Assembly: GCA_050187295.1 (NCBI GenBank)
Contig: JBFWXQ010000006.1
Coordinates: 110,296 to 174,295, forward strand
DNA length: 64,000 nucleotides
Direction: 5' to 3'
DNA from: Blastocatellales bacterium
GTDB lineage: Bacteria > Acidobacteriota > Blastocatellia > RBC074
The notes under the pieces were generated by a model that had not been told where the DNA came from, did not search any database, and saw only the letters and a list, made by a program, of their open reading frames with translations. The position numbers and the translations under genes were made by a program. This document shows positions 31,571 through 46,200 of this stretch, piece after piece. Position 1 is the stretch's first letter. Every line of letters begins with the position of its first letter.

Positions 31571-33547
31571 ATGTGTGGAATTTGCGGCATTGCCGGAAAC
31601 CATAATCCGAGCGTCATCGAAGCCATGACTTCCAGTTTGACGCATCGCGGCCCCAATGATGGCGGAACGGAAATCTTCGCACGTCACAAACTGGCACTCG
31701 GCCATCGCCGATTGAGCATCATTGATCTGTCACCGTCCGGTCATCAACCGATGAGCAACGAAGACGGCAGCGTTTGGATCAGCTTCAACGGCGAAATTTA
31801 CAACTACCGCGAATTGAAAGCCGCACTCGATCCGCAACGCCATCAATTCGCTTCGCAAACCGATAGCGAAGTTCTGTTGCACCTTTACGAAGAGCTTGGC
31901 GTCGAAGCGTTCAAACGATTGAACGGAATGTTCGCCTTTGCACTTTATGACGCGCACAGCGAACGGCTGTTTCTGGTTCGCGATCATCTGGGCGTCAAAC
32001 CTCTTTATTACACCGAAGCCAACGGGCAATTGCTTTTCGGTTCTGAAATCAAAGCGATTCTGGCGGCAGGCGTTTATTCGCCGGAAATTGATTGGCAATC
32101 GGCTCACGATTTCTTTTCCTTCCTTTATGTCCCTGCGCCGCAAACCATCTTCCGCGGAATTTGCGCGCTGCCTGCGGCTCATTGGCTGGAATACGACCTG
32201 CGCTCGCGGCGAATCGTGAGGATCGAGCGTTATTGGGATGTTGCAGATTGGGGACGCGCTGGCGCTGATGATGACGAAACCGAATTGTCAATCGAACTGC
32301 GCCGGTTGATGGGCGACGCCGTTGAAAAACAGATGGTCAGCGACGTTCCGCTCGGAGCTTTTCTTTCGGGAGGCGTTGATTCAAACGTCATCGTCGGTTT
32401 GATGGCTCAGCATTCTCAGAAAGTCAAAACCTTCACCGTGCTGTTTGACGAACCGGAAATGACTTATTACGACGAACGCGCGGAAGCCCGACGAGTCGCC
32501 GATAAATTTTCGACCGAACATCACGAACTGACGATTGATCTTTCGCGGCCGGAAGAGATGCTCGATCTGATTGAACATTTCGATCAACCATTCGGCAACA
32601 CGACGTTCTTTCTGACTTATCTGCTGTCGCGATACACGCGCGAAACCGTGACTGTGGCTTTGTCGGGCGCAGGCGGCGACGAGCTTTTCGGTGGCTATCC
32701 GCGTTACCGCGCTGTGCAGGCGATGAAGTATCTGCGATTCATTCCGCGCGTGGCGGCGAAGGCTGCGCTGGCTGCGTTGTCGTTCCAAAAGGATGATTTC
32801 AACGACCGGCGATTGCATCGCGCGCGGGCATTGCTGGCCGGGCTGGATCGCGACCCTGCGCAGCAATATCTGAAATGGGTGTATTACCTGGACGAAGAGC
32901 GCAAAGCCCGTTTGTTCGGCAAAACAGTCAACGGCAATCTGGCTTCGCATCGAGTGTTGCAAAACCATCTGGACGCTATTCCGGATGGTTGGGATGACGG
33001 CAATCGTTTTTCATACCTGGATGTCGAAACTTTTCTGCCGGACAACCTGCTGGAATATTCCGACAAGATGAGCATGGCCTGGGCGTTGGAATTGCGCGTC
33101 CCTTACCTTGATCCGCGAGTGGTTGAGTTGGCATTTCAGATTCCATTTTCGATGAAGCTGAACCGCGCGGGCAGCAAAACGATTTTGCGAAAGACTTTCG
33201 CCGATCTGATACCGCCTGAAAACCTGAGCGCGCCGAAGAAAGGTTTCAACGTGCCGCTCGGCAGTTGGATGCGGACGAAGCTGGATCGTTTTTTCGACGA
33301 ACTGCTGCCGCGCGATTACGTCCGACGCGAAGGCATTTTCGATTACGAATACATTCAACAACTGCGCGATGAACATCGGCGAGGCCGCCGCGACAATGCT
33401 TATGAATTGTTTGCGGTTCTGATCTTCGATGCGTGGTATCGGAAATACATCACAAAAACGCTGCCGATGAAATCCGCAGGGCAAGCTGGCAGATTGCCCT
33501 ACACTTTGGGCACTAACGGAATTTCTGTGGGTGAGGAGAGGAATTAA
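31571..33547 (+). CDS. asnB: AsnB-like glutamine-dependent amidotransferase (paralog 2)
   Basis: MCGICG start; motifs HRGPND, HRRLSIIDLS, FNGEIYN, RDHLGVKPLY, LSGGVDS and SGAGGDELFGGY. Confidence 0.9.
   Translation: MCGICGIAGNHNPSVIEAMTSSLTHRGPNDGGTEIFARHKLALGHRRLSIIDLSPSGHQPMSNEDGSVWISFNGEIYNYRELKAALDPQRHQFASQTDSEVLLHLYEELGVEAFKRLNGMFAFALYDAHSERLFLVRDHLGVKPLYYTEANGQLLFGSEIKAILAAGVYSPEIDWQSAHDFFSFLYVPAPQTIFRGICALPAAHWLEYDLRSRRIVRIERYWDVADWGRAGADDDETELSIELRRLMGDAVEKQMVSDVPLGAFLSGGVDSNVIVGLMAQHSQKVKTFTVLFDEPEMTYYDERAEARRVADKFSTEHHELTIDLSRPEEMLDLIEHFDQPFGNTTFFLTYLLSRYTRETVTVALSGAGGDELFGGYPRYRAVQAMKYLRFIPRVAAKAALAALSFQKDDFNDRRLHRARALLAGLDRDPAQQYLKWVYYLDEERKARLFGKTVNGNLASHRVLQNHLDAIPDGWDDGNRFSYLDVETFLPDNLLEYSDKMSMAWALELRVPYLDPRVVELAFQIPFSMKLNRAGSKTILRKTFADLIPPENLSAPKKGFNVPLGSWMRTKLDRFFDELLPRDYVRREGIFDYEYIQQLRDEHRRGRRDNAYELFAVLIFDAWYRKYITKTLPMKSAGQAGRLPYTLGTNGISVGEERN
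33476..33502. repeat. REP-like palindrome
   Basis: AGGGCAA, 9-nt loop, TTGCCCT, within the 3' end of asnB2. Confidence 0.4.
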
Positions 33548-33613
33548 CCACTAGCCATTATCGGTCAGGGTAGAAAGCCTTTCTCCTGTCTGTTAATGGT
33601 TAATGGTTAATTT
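33541..33613. repeat. Inverted pair of heptamer arrays (TTAACCA/TTAATGG)
   Basis: Left arm attaaccactagccatta; right arm ttaatggttaatggttaat. Confidence 0.65.
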
Positions 33614-33683
33614 CGAAATTGTTGTTGCTCTTTCATCATACTGCTTGCCCACTGAATTACCTGTAGTGCCACTCTTCGAACCA

Positions 33684-35824
<2,141 letters not shown>

Positions 35825-35828
<4 letters not shown>

Positions 35829-37591
35829 ATCCGTTGCTGGTGATCAGAACCCTGAAGCATTTGCGCTGGGAGCAAATCGCGTATCGTCCGTTGCGCCTGG
35901 CTCAATTCAAACTTTATCGCTCTTTGCCTCAGTTGGCTTTCCGCCCGAGCGAAGCTGGATCAAACTCTTCTTCGGTTTCACAGCAATCGGTTGAAACCAT
36001 TCGCCGAATCTTCAACGAACAGTTCGCTCATTTGAATCAGCCGCTTGGCGAATTCGATCTTTGGCTGAACGATTTGAAGCAAAACCGATTCGCGTTCCTG
36101 AATCGCAGCCTGACGATTGACCAGTTGGATTGGAATCGCCGTTACGAAAGTCATCTGTGGAATTACAACCTGCATTATTTCGGCTTTGCGGTCTGGGCCG
36201 CGCGGACGTTGGTTGAACGCGGCGAAGCTTCGGCGTGGCCGGTCTGTCGCCGGTTGATTGAAAGCTGGATTGCCGCGGCCAAACCGGGACGCAGCGACGG
36301 ATGGGATGCCTATCCGATTTCGCTGCGCGTGGTGAATTGGATTTACGCTTATTCGCTGGTGGCAGAAACCGAAGACGAAGAGTTTCTGTCCAAATGGCGA
36401 GCCAGCCTGTTCGATCAGCTTGGTTTTCTGCGCCGGCATCTGGAACACCACCTGCTGGCCAATCACCTGTTGAAAAACGTCAAAGCATTGGTCATTGGCG
36501 GATTGTTCTTTCAAAACAATGGCTGGCTGAAAGCGGGCGAACGGCTGTTGTGGCGCGAATTGGACGAACAGGTTCTGGCCGATGGCGGACATTACGAACG
36601 TTCGCCGATGTATCACGCCCAGGCGTTGGCGGATTTTCTGGAAGCTTATGCGTTGCTGATGGCGTTTGGCCGCATCGAGCGGGGCGAAAAGATCGAAGCC
36701 CGTCTGCAGGCAATGGCTGGCTTTATGTCAGCGATGAGTCATTCGGACGGTTCGCTGGCATTGTTCAACGATTCGGCCAACACGATTGAAACACGACCTC
36801 AACCGATAATCGAATCGGCCAAACGGATTGTTGGCGGAACGCCGCAAGCTGTCAGCTTTCCGCAGACCGGATACTACTTGTGGGCCTCGTCCGATGGACG
36901 CGAAAAAATCATGGTTGACGCCGGGCCTCCTGCGGTCGCTTACAATCTGGCGCACGCTCATTGCGATTTGCTCAGTTACGAACTGTGGATCAACGGCCAG
37001 CCGTTCATAGTTGATTCAGGAGTTCATGGTTACGGCGGAGATCGTTTCCGCGAATATTGCCGCTCGACGCGAGCGCACAACACTGTGATGTTCGATGGTG
37101 TCGAGCAGTCGGAAATCTGGGACACATTCCGAATGGCCCGCTCCGCCAGATTGCTCGGCGCTGAATCCGGCGGCGATGAAAATTCGTGGAGCTTCAGCGG
37201 ATCGTTTGAAAGGTTCGATCGCTGTTTGACGCACGAACGGCAGATTCGCAGGGAATCGAACGGCGAATGGCTGATCACGGATCGCGCTCGGCGTGGAGAA
37301 GCTTCGCAGGCCGCCAGCTTCATTCACCTTCACCCATCCGTTGAAGCCAGAATGATCAACGCGACCGAAGTGTTATGCCAAACCGTCGAGCGGCCAATCC
37401 TGATCGCTCCGTTTGCTGACGAAGGCGTGACGATTGCCACGCGATTGATCAGAGCAAGCGAAGATCCGATTCAGGGATGGCGCTTTCCCGATTTCGGAAT
37501 TTCGCAGCCGGGCGTTACAATTCAGTTCGATTATCGAATCAAATGTGGCGACGCATTTGGTTACAGTGTCAGACAGTCATTGAACAAATAA
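35825..37591 (+). CDS. Heparinase II/III-like (alginate lyase fold) protein
   Basis: Motifs LWNYNLHYF, YPISLR..NW, NHLLKN, DGGHYERSPMYH, HAHCDLLS and YCRSTRAHNT. Confidence 0.85.
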
Positions 37592-37603
37592 CAGGCCCCG
37601 AAA

Positions 37604-38920
37604 ATGCGAATCACATTTCTCTGCCAATATTTTCCGCCAGAGATGGGAGCGCCCTCCGCGCGCACGTTTGAACACGCGCGTCATTGGGCGAGCCTGGGTC
37701 ACGATGTAACGGTCATCACTGGTTTCCCGAACCATCCAACCGGAATCATTCGACCGGAATATCGCGGGTCGTTCGTCAAACGCGAACGCGTCGAAGGTAT
37801 TGACCTGCTGAGAACCTGGGTTTATTGCACGGCCAACAAAGGTTTTTTCAAACGCATTCTCAACTTCCTGTCCTTCTTCTTTTCGTCTTTGATTCTGGGC
37901 GCGGCGATGACGCGGCGTCCGGACGTGGTCGTTGGAACTTCGCCTCAATTTTTCTGCGCGGTGGCGGCTTATTGTTTAAGCCTGATCAAACGCGCGCCTT
38001 TTGTGTTTGAAGTTCGCGACATCTGGCCGCAGTCGGCGGTCGAACTCGGAGTGCTGAAAAACCGTTGGGCGATTCTTGCGCTGGAAGCAATTGAAATGCA
38101 TCTGTACCGCCGCGCCGCGCTGATCATTCCGGTCGCCGAATCCACGCGCGATTACCTGGTTGCCAAAGGCATTCCATCTGAAAAAATCAAAGTCATCCCG
38201 AACGGCGTTGACCTGCGTTACCTGTCTTCGGCCGTCGCCAAACCGTCGGAAATTCGCCAACGGCTGGGATTGCAGGACAAATTCGTTGTCTCTTACATCG
38301 GCACTCACGGCATGTCGCACGCGCTGGATGTGGCGTTGAACGCCGCCAGGGTTTTCAGCAGCCAGGACGAAAAGCTTCACTTCCTGTTTGTCGGCGAAGG
38401 CGCCGAAAAGGAAAAGCTGAAGCAGATGGCCGCAGAATGGCAGTTAAAGAATGTGACATTCGTTGACGAACAGTCTCGTGAGGCGCTGTTGAGTTATTAC
38501 AGGCTAAGCGATGTCAGCCTGGTTCCATTGAAACGATTGCCCATTTTCAAAAAAGTCCTGCCATCAAAATTGTTCGAGTTGATGGGCACCGGATGCCCAG
38601 TGATTTGCAGCGTCGAGGGCGAAGCCGCCCGTCTGGTCGCTCGCGCCGAAGCCGGTTTGTGCATCGAGCCGGAAAATGTCGAAGCTCTGGTTGACGGCAT
38701 CAATCAGCTCCGTGCCAATCGCCAATTGTGCCAGAAGCTGAGCGCCAATGGTCAGCAGTTCGTCAAAAAGCATTATCAGCGATCAATGCTGGCAGAAAAA
38801 TATTTGGCCATTTTGCAAAACATCAACAGCGCCAAAAAGGGCGAGGTTTTGGAACAAAGACTTTTTACCGATTCACCGATTCCGGCTGAACATCGTCCAC
38901 CAACGACTGATCACCGATGA
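37604..38920 (+). CDS. Glycosyltransferase family 4 (WbuB-like)
   Basis: Motifs QYFPPEMGA, GFPNHPTG, EVRDIWP, IPNGVD and PSKLFE. Confidence 0.88.
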   Translation: MRITFLCQYFPPEMGAPSARTFEHARHWASLGHDVTVITGFPNHPTGIIRPEYRGSFVKRERVEGIDLLRTWVYCTANKGFFKRILNFLSFFFSSLILGAAMTRRPDVVVGTSPQFFCAVAAYCLSLIKRAPFVFEVRDIWPQSAVELGVLKNRWAILALEAIEMHLYRRAALIIPVAESTRDYLVAKGIPSEKIKVIPNGVDLRYLSSAVAKPSEIRQRLGLQDKFVVSYIGTHGMSHALDVALNAARVFSSQDEKLHFLFVGEGAEKEKLKQMAAEWQLKNVTFVDEQSREALLSYYRLSDVSLVPLKRLPIFKKVLPSKLFELMGTGCPVICSVEGEAARLVARAEAGLCIEPENVEALVDGINQLRANRQLCQKLSANGQQFVKKHYQRSMLAEKYLAILQNINSAKKGEVLEQRLFTDSPIPAEHRPPTTDHR

Positions 38921-40434
38921 GATCATACGTTTCACTGTTCACCTTATCTTTTGTTATCGCCTTGCTGGTCACGCCGCTGGTCAGGCGAAAGGCTACCGAA
39001 TGGGGCGCGGTCGCAGTGCCGGACGAAGGGCGGCATATTCACGCCAGTCCAACGCCCCGTTTGGGCGGCATAGCCATTTTCCTGGCGTTCATTGCAACGC
39101 TGGCCTGCGCTGCATTTCTGAGCAACATGGTCGGCGATATTTTCCGCTCCAACCTGCCACGGCTGCTGGGATTGCTGGCGCCCGCCACGCTGATTTTCCT
39201 GTTTGGAATTTACGATGATTTCCGCAGCGTCAGCGCTCCGCAAAAAATCATCGTGCAGACAATCGCCGCCAGCCTGATATTTTCCGCGGGCTTTCGCATT
39301 GAAAATCTGTCTTCGCCTTTCGGCGGTTACTGGCACGTTCCCATCTGGCTCAGCTTTTTGTTTACTGCCGTCTGGGTGATCGGTTTGACGAACGCCTTCA
39401 ATTTGATTGACGGCATTGACGGGTTGGCTGCAGGAGCTTCGGTCTTTGCGCTGATTTCGATTCTGATTTTTTCCGTCGCCCAGGAAAATCCTGAAATCAG
39501 TTTGCTGGCGGTGGTGTTGGTTGGCGCGGTGCTGGGGTTTCTGCGATTCAACTTCAATCCCGCGACAATCTTTCTGGGCGATTCGGGCAGTTTGTTTCTG
39601 GGCTTTATGGCGGCGTCACTGTCGCTGGCCGGTTCACAGAAAGGTTCGACAATCGTTGCGATTGCCATTCCGCTGGTTTCGTTTGGATTACCTATCACCG
39701 AAGTCGGCCTGTCACTGGTCCGGCGTTTTTTAAGCGGGCAATCGTTGCTGGCCGGGGATCGCGGTCATATCCATCACAAATTGTTGCAACACGGATTAAG
39801 CCAGCGTCAGGCAGTGATCTTGCTTTACGCTGTCTGCGCGCTGTTTTCACTGTTCGGGTTGATGCTGCTCAATCCCCAGCGAAATCTGGCCGCGTTGATC
39901 TTTTTCGTTCTTGGCGTGGGGATTGTATTTGGAGTTCAGCGACTGCGTTATGCGGAATTCAGCGAACTGGGCAATCAGATCAAAAACGGCGTCACACGCC
40001 GCCGTCGCGCGCTGGCGGTCAATGTGCGCATCCGGCGCACCAGCGAAGACCTGAGCAAGGTTCAGAACGCCGAACAACTTTTCGCCGCGCTTGAATCCAT
40101 GCTTGAAACTAATGAATTTGATCGCGCGGTTATGGAATTGAACATCAGCGGAAACCTGGCTGCGAGAGTGAATCCCGCCAGTCACACCATCTGGTCGTGG
40201 AAACGCGACGACGAAAATGCGGATGAGGAATTATTCGCGGATCATAATCAGCCTAGATGGATGCTGACGGTGCCATTGACGGATGAATTCGGAGAAGCCA
40301 TCGGCGCAATCACTTTTCACCGCAAACTGTCAGATCACGCTCCAGCCATTGACATCAAACACCTCTGTACTGACTTTCAGCGCGAACTGAGCGCCGCTTT
40401 GAACAGAACTCTGATTGAAGAGCTTCACCTTTGA
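38917..40434 (+). CDS. wecA: MraY/WecA-family undecaprenyl-phosphate HexNAc-1-phosphate transferase with C-terminal extension
   Basis: Motifs [31 protein letters not shown] and DRGHIHH, plus about 150 extra C-terminal residues. Confidence 0.85.
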   Translation: MRSYVSLFTLSFVIALLVTPLVRRKATEWGAVAVPDEGRHIHASPTPRLGGIAIFLAFIATLACAAFLSNMVGDIFRSNLPRLLGLLAPATLIFLFGIYDDFRSVSAPQKIIVQTIAASLIFSAGFRIENLSSPFGGYWHVPIWLSFLFTAVWVIGLTNAFNLIDGIDGLAAGASVFALISILIFSVAQENPEISLLAVVLVGAVLGFLRFNFNPATIFLGDSGSLFLGFMAASLSLAGSQKGSTIVAIAIPLVSFGLPITEVGLSLVRRFLSGQSLLAGDRGHIHHKLLQHGLSQRQAVILLYAVCALFSLFGLMLLNPQRNLAALIFFVLGVGIVFGVQRLRYAEFSELGNQIKNGVTRRRRALAVNVRIRRTSEDLSKVQNAEQLFAALESMLETNEFDRAVMELNISGNLAARVNPASHTIWSWKRDDENADEELFADHNQPRWMLTVPLTDEFGEAIGAITFHRKLSDHAPAIDIKHLCTDFQRELSAALNRTLIEELHL

Positions 40435-40847
40435 AGCGGAATGAATTCCGGATCGTCCTGATGTTCGCGTTCCCACATCAAAAAATTGTAGTAACCGCAA
40501 CTGTTCTCTTCAGGAAAATCGCGACAGGTCGCCGGGCGATGTTCGTAGACAGTGCAGTTTCGTTCTTCCTGGTCAAAAAACATGCAGGTGGATTTGAAAA
40601 TGTGATCCTGACGATGCCTGAGGACGCGAGCCTTGTATTCCTTTTCGTACTTGGTAAATTTCTTTTCGGCTTGTTCGTATGTCAGGCTGAAACGTTTGGC
40701 CAGACGTTGCACGTCGCGCTTGTTCACTCTGATCCAGTCGTAAGAACAACAGTACCCCGGACATTTTGAACAATCGTATCGCAAGCGAGTTTTTTTCTCT
40801 TTTATTTTTCCGTTCGCCTGAATCACAGGCAGTTCATTTTTTGCCAT
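40425..40847 (-). CDS. YkgJ family cysteine-cluster (Zn/Fe-chelating) protein
   Basis: Motifs [29 protein letters not shown] and C. Confidence 0.85.
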   Translation of the reverse strand: MAKNELPVIQANGKIKEKKTRLRYDCSKCPGYCCSYDWIRVNKRDVQRLAKRFSLTYEQAEKKFTKYEKEYKARVLRHRQDHIFKSTCMFFDQEERNCTVYEHRPATCRDFPEENSCGYYNFLMWEREHQDDPEFIPLQR

Positions 40848-40963
40848 AGAGTTGAAGATCAAATTGAACCTGAATGAAATCGTGGCCAGATACTGACCGC
40901 GCAACATACTTACCATCATCAACAAATGGCGGCAACCGATAATCAACGATTGACAGAATTTTG

Positions 40964-43204
40964 ATGAACAAAACGGGTTGGAACAAATCGAACTGGGTCA
41001 GCCTGATGCCGAATGGCATTGGCCAGGTGAAGCCGAACCATTATCTGGATATGGCGAAAATCGTCTGGCGCAACCGCGACCAGTTGCCTTTCGCCTGGCG
41101 CATCCTGACCAAAGGCGTTTGCGATGGTTGCGCGCTGGGCACGGCAGGCATTCACGATTTCACCATGGACGGCGTGCATCTGTGCATGGTTCGGTTGGAA
41201 TTGATGCGGCTGAACACTGCGCCTGCGCTGGATGTGAAGCTGTTGGGCGACGCCGAAAGGCTTTCAACGATGACCGCCAGCGAATTGCGCGAGCTTGGCC
41301 GGTTACCGTATCCGATGCTGCGGCGACGTGGCGAAAAAGGTTTCAGCCGAATCAGTTGGGAAGAAGCATTGGCGCTGGCGGCTGAACGATTGAAGCAAGT
41401 TGATCCGCAACGAATCGCGTTTTATCTGACTTCGCGCGGGCTGACGAATGAATCGTATTACGTCGCGCAGAAAGTCGCTCGCTTTCTGGGAACGAACAAC
41501 GTGGACAACTCCGCGCGGATTTGCCACGCGCCTTCGACTGTGGCGATGAAACAAAGCATTGGCGTGGCGGCTTCGACCGTTTCATACACAGACTGGCTCG
41601 GCACAGACCTGCTGGTTTTCTTTGGCAGCAACACGCCGAATAACCAACCAGTGACGACGAAATACATTTACTACGCCAAACAACAAGGAACGCGCGTTGC
41701 CATCATCAACCCGTACCGCGAACCTGGCATGGAACGTTACTGGATTCCTTCGGTAACCGAAAGCGCGCTGTTCGGAACCAAACTGGCGGATGATTTCTTT
41801 CAGGTTCACACCGGCGGCGACAAAGCTTTCATTGCCGGAGTTTTGAAACACCTGATCGAAAACAACTGGACGGATGAAGCGTTTATCCGCCAGCACACAA
41901 ACGGCTTTGACGAACTGAAAGCGAGTTTGCGCGATCAATCGTGGGAATTGTTGGAAGCGGCGTCGGGCGCAAACCGCGAAGAGATGCTGCGATTCGCGCG
42001 AATGCTCGCCACTGCGAAGACGGCAATTTTCGTATGGTCAATGGGCATCACCCAACACGCGGACGGAGTTTCAAACGTCCGCGCAATTGTTGATCTGGCG
42101 CTTGCGCGCGGTTTTGTCGGCAAACCGAAAAGCGGCCTCGTCCCGATTCGCGGCCATTCCGGCGTGCAAGGTGGAGCCGAAGTCGGTTGCGTGCCGAATC
42201 AATTTCCCGGCGGAGTTGCCGTTGATGAAGCCGGAGCTTTGAAAATGAAGCAGCTTTGGAATTTTGAAGTTCCGACTGCGCGCGGATTGAACGCCGTGCA
42301 AATGATCGAAGCCGCTCACGAAGGAAAGCTCGACTGGTTTTACATCAGCGGCGGCAATTTTCTCGAAACGTTGCCCGAACCTGATTTCGTGCGCTCGGCC
42401 ATCGAACGAGTCCCTTTCCGCATTCATCAAGACATCGTGTTAAGCCCGCAGATGTTCGTCGAACCTGCCGATACCGTTTTGCTGCTTCCAGCCGCAACTC
42501 GTTATGAACAGCGCGGCGGCGGAACGGAAACTTCGACCGAGCGGCGCATTCTGTTCAGCCCGGAAATCCCAGGCCGCCGCATCGGCGAAGCCAAAGCCGA
42601 ATGGGAAATCCCTATGTTGATTGCCGAACGCGCCAAACCGGATTTGGCCAGGCTGATTCACTTCGACGACGGGCAAGCAATCCGCAACGAAATCGCTCGT
42701 GCAGTTCTGGCGTACGACGGCATTCAGAACCTGCGAAAAACCGGCGATCAGGTGCAATGGGGCGGCGAGCGATTGTGCGAAACGACCGACACCAACGGCC
42801 AAAGCATCCCGAAATTCGCCACGCCCGACAGCCGGGCAAAATTCTCAACCATTGAAATCAAACCCGCCAACAATGACGGCAAGCTGCGACTTTCCACACG
42901 GCGCGGCAAACAATTCAACAGCATGATTCAGCGCCGTCGCGATCCGCTGAACGGCGCTCATCGCGAAGACGTGTTGATGAACGAAACCGACGCCGCGCGA
43001 TTGAGCATTGCCGATGGCGATTCGATCCTGCTTAGCAACGAACTCGGCGAACTGCGCGGACGCTGCCGCTTTGCGCCAATCGCGCCCGGCAACGTGCAAG
43101 TCCACTGGCCGGAAGGCAACGTGCTGGTCCAGCGCGGCGTCTGCGATCCCGAATGCGGCATCCCGGATTACAACGCGCTGGTTGAAGTTGAACGTGTTAT
43201 CTGA
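40964..43204 (+). CDS. FdhF/YdeP family molybdopterin oxidoreductase
   Basis: Motifs [18 protein letters not shown] (Cys, not Sec), [29 protein letters not shown] and GIPDYNA. Confidence 0.9.
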   Translation: MNKTGWNKSNWVSLMPNGIGQVKPNHYLDMAKIVWRNRDQLPFAWRILTKGVCDGCALGTAGIHDFTMDGVHLCMVRLELMRLNTAPALDVKLLGDAERLSTMTASELRELGRLPYPMLRRRGEKGFSRISWEEALALAAERLKQVDPQRIAFYLTSRGLTNESYYVAQKVARFLGTNNVDNSARICHAPSTVAMKQSIGVAASTVSYTDWLGTDLLVFFGSNTPNNQPVTTKYIYYAKQQGTRVAIINPYREPGMERYWIPSVTESALFGTKLADDFFQVHTGGDKAFIAGVLKHLIENNWTDEAFIRQHTNGFDELKASLRDQSWELLEAASGANREEMLRFARMLATAKTAIFVWSMGITQHADGVSNVRAIVDLALARGFVGKPKSGLVPIRGHSGVQGGAEVGCVPNQFPGGVAVDEAGALKMKQLWNFEVPTARGLNAVQMIEAAHEGKLDWFYISGGNFLETLPEPDFVRSAIERVPFRIHQDIVLSPQMFVEPADTVLLLPAATRYEQRGGGTETSTERRILFSPEIPGRRIGEAKAEWEIPMLIAERAKPDLARLIHFDDGQAIRNEIARAVLAYDGIQNLRKTGDQVQWGGERLCETTDTNGQSIPKFATPDSRAKFSTIEIKPANNDGKLRLSTRRGKQFNSMIQRRRDPLNGAHREDVLMNETDAARLSIADGDSILLSNELGELRGRCRFAPIAPGNVQVHWPEGNVLVQRGVCDPECGIPDYNALVEVERVI

Positions 43205-43223
43205 ATTGCTCAAAACTCATCGG

Positions 43224-46200
43224 TTACCTTTGGCGAAGTCGCTGTTGATTTCGCTTTATGCGTTCAACGTTGCTCGCTCGTATCGCTGAATCGGCGAGTT
43301 CTTCTACAAGAATTTTTTGAGGCTCTGGCAAGGATAAAGGTGTACCTGACAGCAATTTTTTCAATACTTCGTAGGTTTCTCTTCGTTTCAACAACCCCTG
43401 GCTCATGGCTTCCTGCGCATCAAAAGTCAACAGACAATCGAGGCACGCCAGTTCACAGCGTTGATGATGCTCTTCGCTTCTGAAAAGAATTTTCTGCGCT
43501 TCTTCCATCCATTGCCTTCCCATCCCTAACAATTCACGGACGTGACCGGCGCCTCCAGGTACGTTGTCATAAATTACTGCTCCCCATTCGTTGGCTTGAC
43601 AACCGACACCGGTCAGCATCACTCCTAGTTCACGTGTGTCCAATTCGAGCAGCTGTGCTCCAGCAATTTGCAATGCTTGCGCCAGTGTCCGGATAATCGC
43701 TTCTTCTTTGGCCAACAGTGACAAACTGCCTTCAAACGTCAGCAACAGAATGTCTGTAGTTTCGCGCGCCGCCAATGTACGATTGCGCAGCACTGGTGCT
43801 CCTTCATTGGGCTGCCAACAAACGTAATGCTCTTTGGCGGCAGTCAGCGGCGCGTGTGTGGCAAAACCCGAAGGCAGATTTTGCCGCCCCTCACCCGTCT
43901 TAACCTCCGCATCAGCGTAACCGCATTTCAGACAAACGGCGAAGCCGCGCCCGCGCGCCACCAGTTTAAGGGTGTCGTTATCGTCTTCTTCCCAAATCGC
44001 TCCGCTGTTGTACACCAGTAATTCGCCTGCTTCGCGGTAACGCGCGGCAAGGCCGTTCACGCCGGCAAAATGCGCATGCGTTTCCACTTCATTTGCCTGA
44101 TTGCCAAAACAAATTGTCGCGCGTTCGACGCTGCCGATACGCTCCACATCCGTGCTGCGACGCGGCGGATCCCAGGCCGCGCTGCTGAAACCATGCTTAG
44201 GCAACAACATTGGTTGTTCGTTTTGTCTGGCCGCGCTGCCGCAAATCGGACAGGCTCCTAATGGGCGAGAGATTTCGTAATAGAAATGTTTGTTCGCGCA
44301 TTCGGTGAAATGCCCGGTCAGCCCGACGTAGTTGTCAATCGCCAACCCCGTCCAATGTTTGCGCAGTCCGCGCGAAGTAATCAATTTGCCGCCCACCAGC
44401 AATTGCGACCCCGGCACATACTCGCGCAGCGCCATCAAGCCCGGACGTTCCAACCGGAACTGATCTTCTTCACGAATGCGCGTGCGCTCGCCATCGCGAC
44501 TGCCTTCGTCCGGGCGGATCACTTGCAGCTTTTGCAAGCCGATGGGGAAACCGTAACGCGGCAGAAACTGCCGGTCGGCCAAGGCTTCGATCACCGTAGT
44601 GTCGTAAAGCGCGGACAACTGGTAACGGATTGCGTTGGCCTGTCGCTGCGAAAGAGCGTCCCGCCAGGTTTGCAACAATTCGTCATAATCTTCACGCCAA
44701 TCGCACACGGCGTCTTGAAACTGTTCGATCATGGAATTAATACAGGCGCGCCAATCGCCTATTAACGCAAGTGGCGTATGCTGAAGCAATGATTCCAAAA
44801 TCGGCCGATACTGCTTTTCACCCGCGTCGCTCACCCAGCGCAGAAAATCCAGAAAATGCGGCTCCAGACCAGGTTCATTTTGCTCCGGTCGCCACCAGTT
44901 TGTTCGCGCCGGCGGTTGCCAATCTGCTGAGGGCGAACGCAACTCTGGCTTATCGAAACCGGATGTCCATTTTTGCGGCTGCGCTGTGCCGCAAAATGCG
45001 CCCATGCTGCCAAAAGCGCGCATTGCGCCAACCTGCGCGCCGGGCGGATATACATCCTGAAAAAATTTGCCGAGCAGCAGTGCGTGACAGTGGCGCCGTG
45101 CAATGCGTTGCCGGTCGAGCAATACGCGCGGGCTGCGCAGAGTACGTCCGAGGTAATCGCCGAATTGAAAAAACACTGCGCGGTCAAATGGTCGCGGGCG
45201 TGCATACGTCAAAACCACTGATGAACCATCAGCGCGGCGTCCGGCGCGCCCGGCGCGTTGCAGGTAATTGGCTTTGCCCGGGGGCACATTGCCCATCAGC
45301 ACTGCGTTCAGGCCGCCGATGTCAATGCCGAGTTCAAGAGTCGTCGTGGCGCTGAGGATGTTGCGCGCGCCGAGTTTGAACAATTCCTGCAACTGGCGGT
45401 TCTGTTTGGGGCTGAGTTGTGCGCTGTGTTCTTCCGCCCACAGCGCGATTTCAAAAATAGGCGAACGCTGCAATTCCGTTCGCAAGCGTCCGTAGCGTGG
45501 ATCACTGTCGAGTTGTTTCGCCGTCACCGGTTGCAAATCGTTGCAACCCAATTCCGGCGCGCAGCCAAACACAGAACGCGGCCAGATATGGCGTGTTTGG
45601 GCAGATTGAAACCATTGTTCCGGGCGGCGCAATCCGAGCGAGGGGAAGTTCAATCGCAATGCCAAAGCCTGGCCGCCATCCGTTTGTCGCGTGTCAGTTT
45701 CAAGCCAGGGCAATTCGCCCGCGTGTTGGCACAGCGCGCGGAACGCAGCACGCAACGCATCGCGCGAAAATTCCTCGATTAACGCTTCCTCCAATCCGCA
45801 ATTCTTCAACACTTGCGCCGCAAACCAGCGTCGCCGCTGATCCGCTTCCACTCCAACAAAACGTATAACCCAATTGCGTCGCGCCTGCTCTTCGGCAGCC
45901 CAGCGGCCAACAAAAACGCGGTTGAAAGCCCAGGTGCGGTCTTCTTCCGGCGACCCAAGCGTGATGACACCGTCTGACCGCAGCGAATCGCACAGCGCCG
46001 CCAGAAAGTCCCGCCAGCAAACTGTGAAATGCGCACGCACTTCGGCAGGCAAATTGCCCAGCAATTGATTTGGCGCTTCGATTTGTTCCAGACCAGGGTA
46101 CGTGACTTCAAGCAAGCCCAGCGTTTCGACTGATACTGCGCGCCGCAACGGACTGGCCAATTCTCGTCCAATCAACGACCGCAGCCGTGTTTTGACGGCG

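Noticed and set aside
40964-43204. Selenocysteine formate dehydrogenase
   Set aside because: The active-site position is a TGC Cys (RICHAPS); there is no in-frame TGA.
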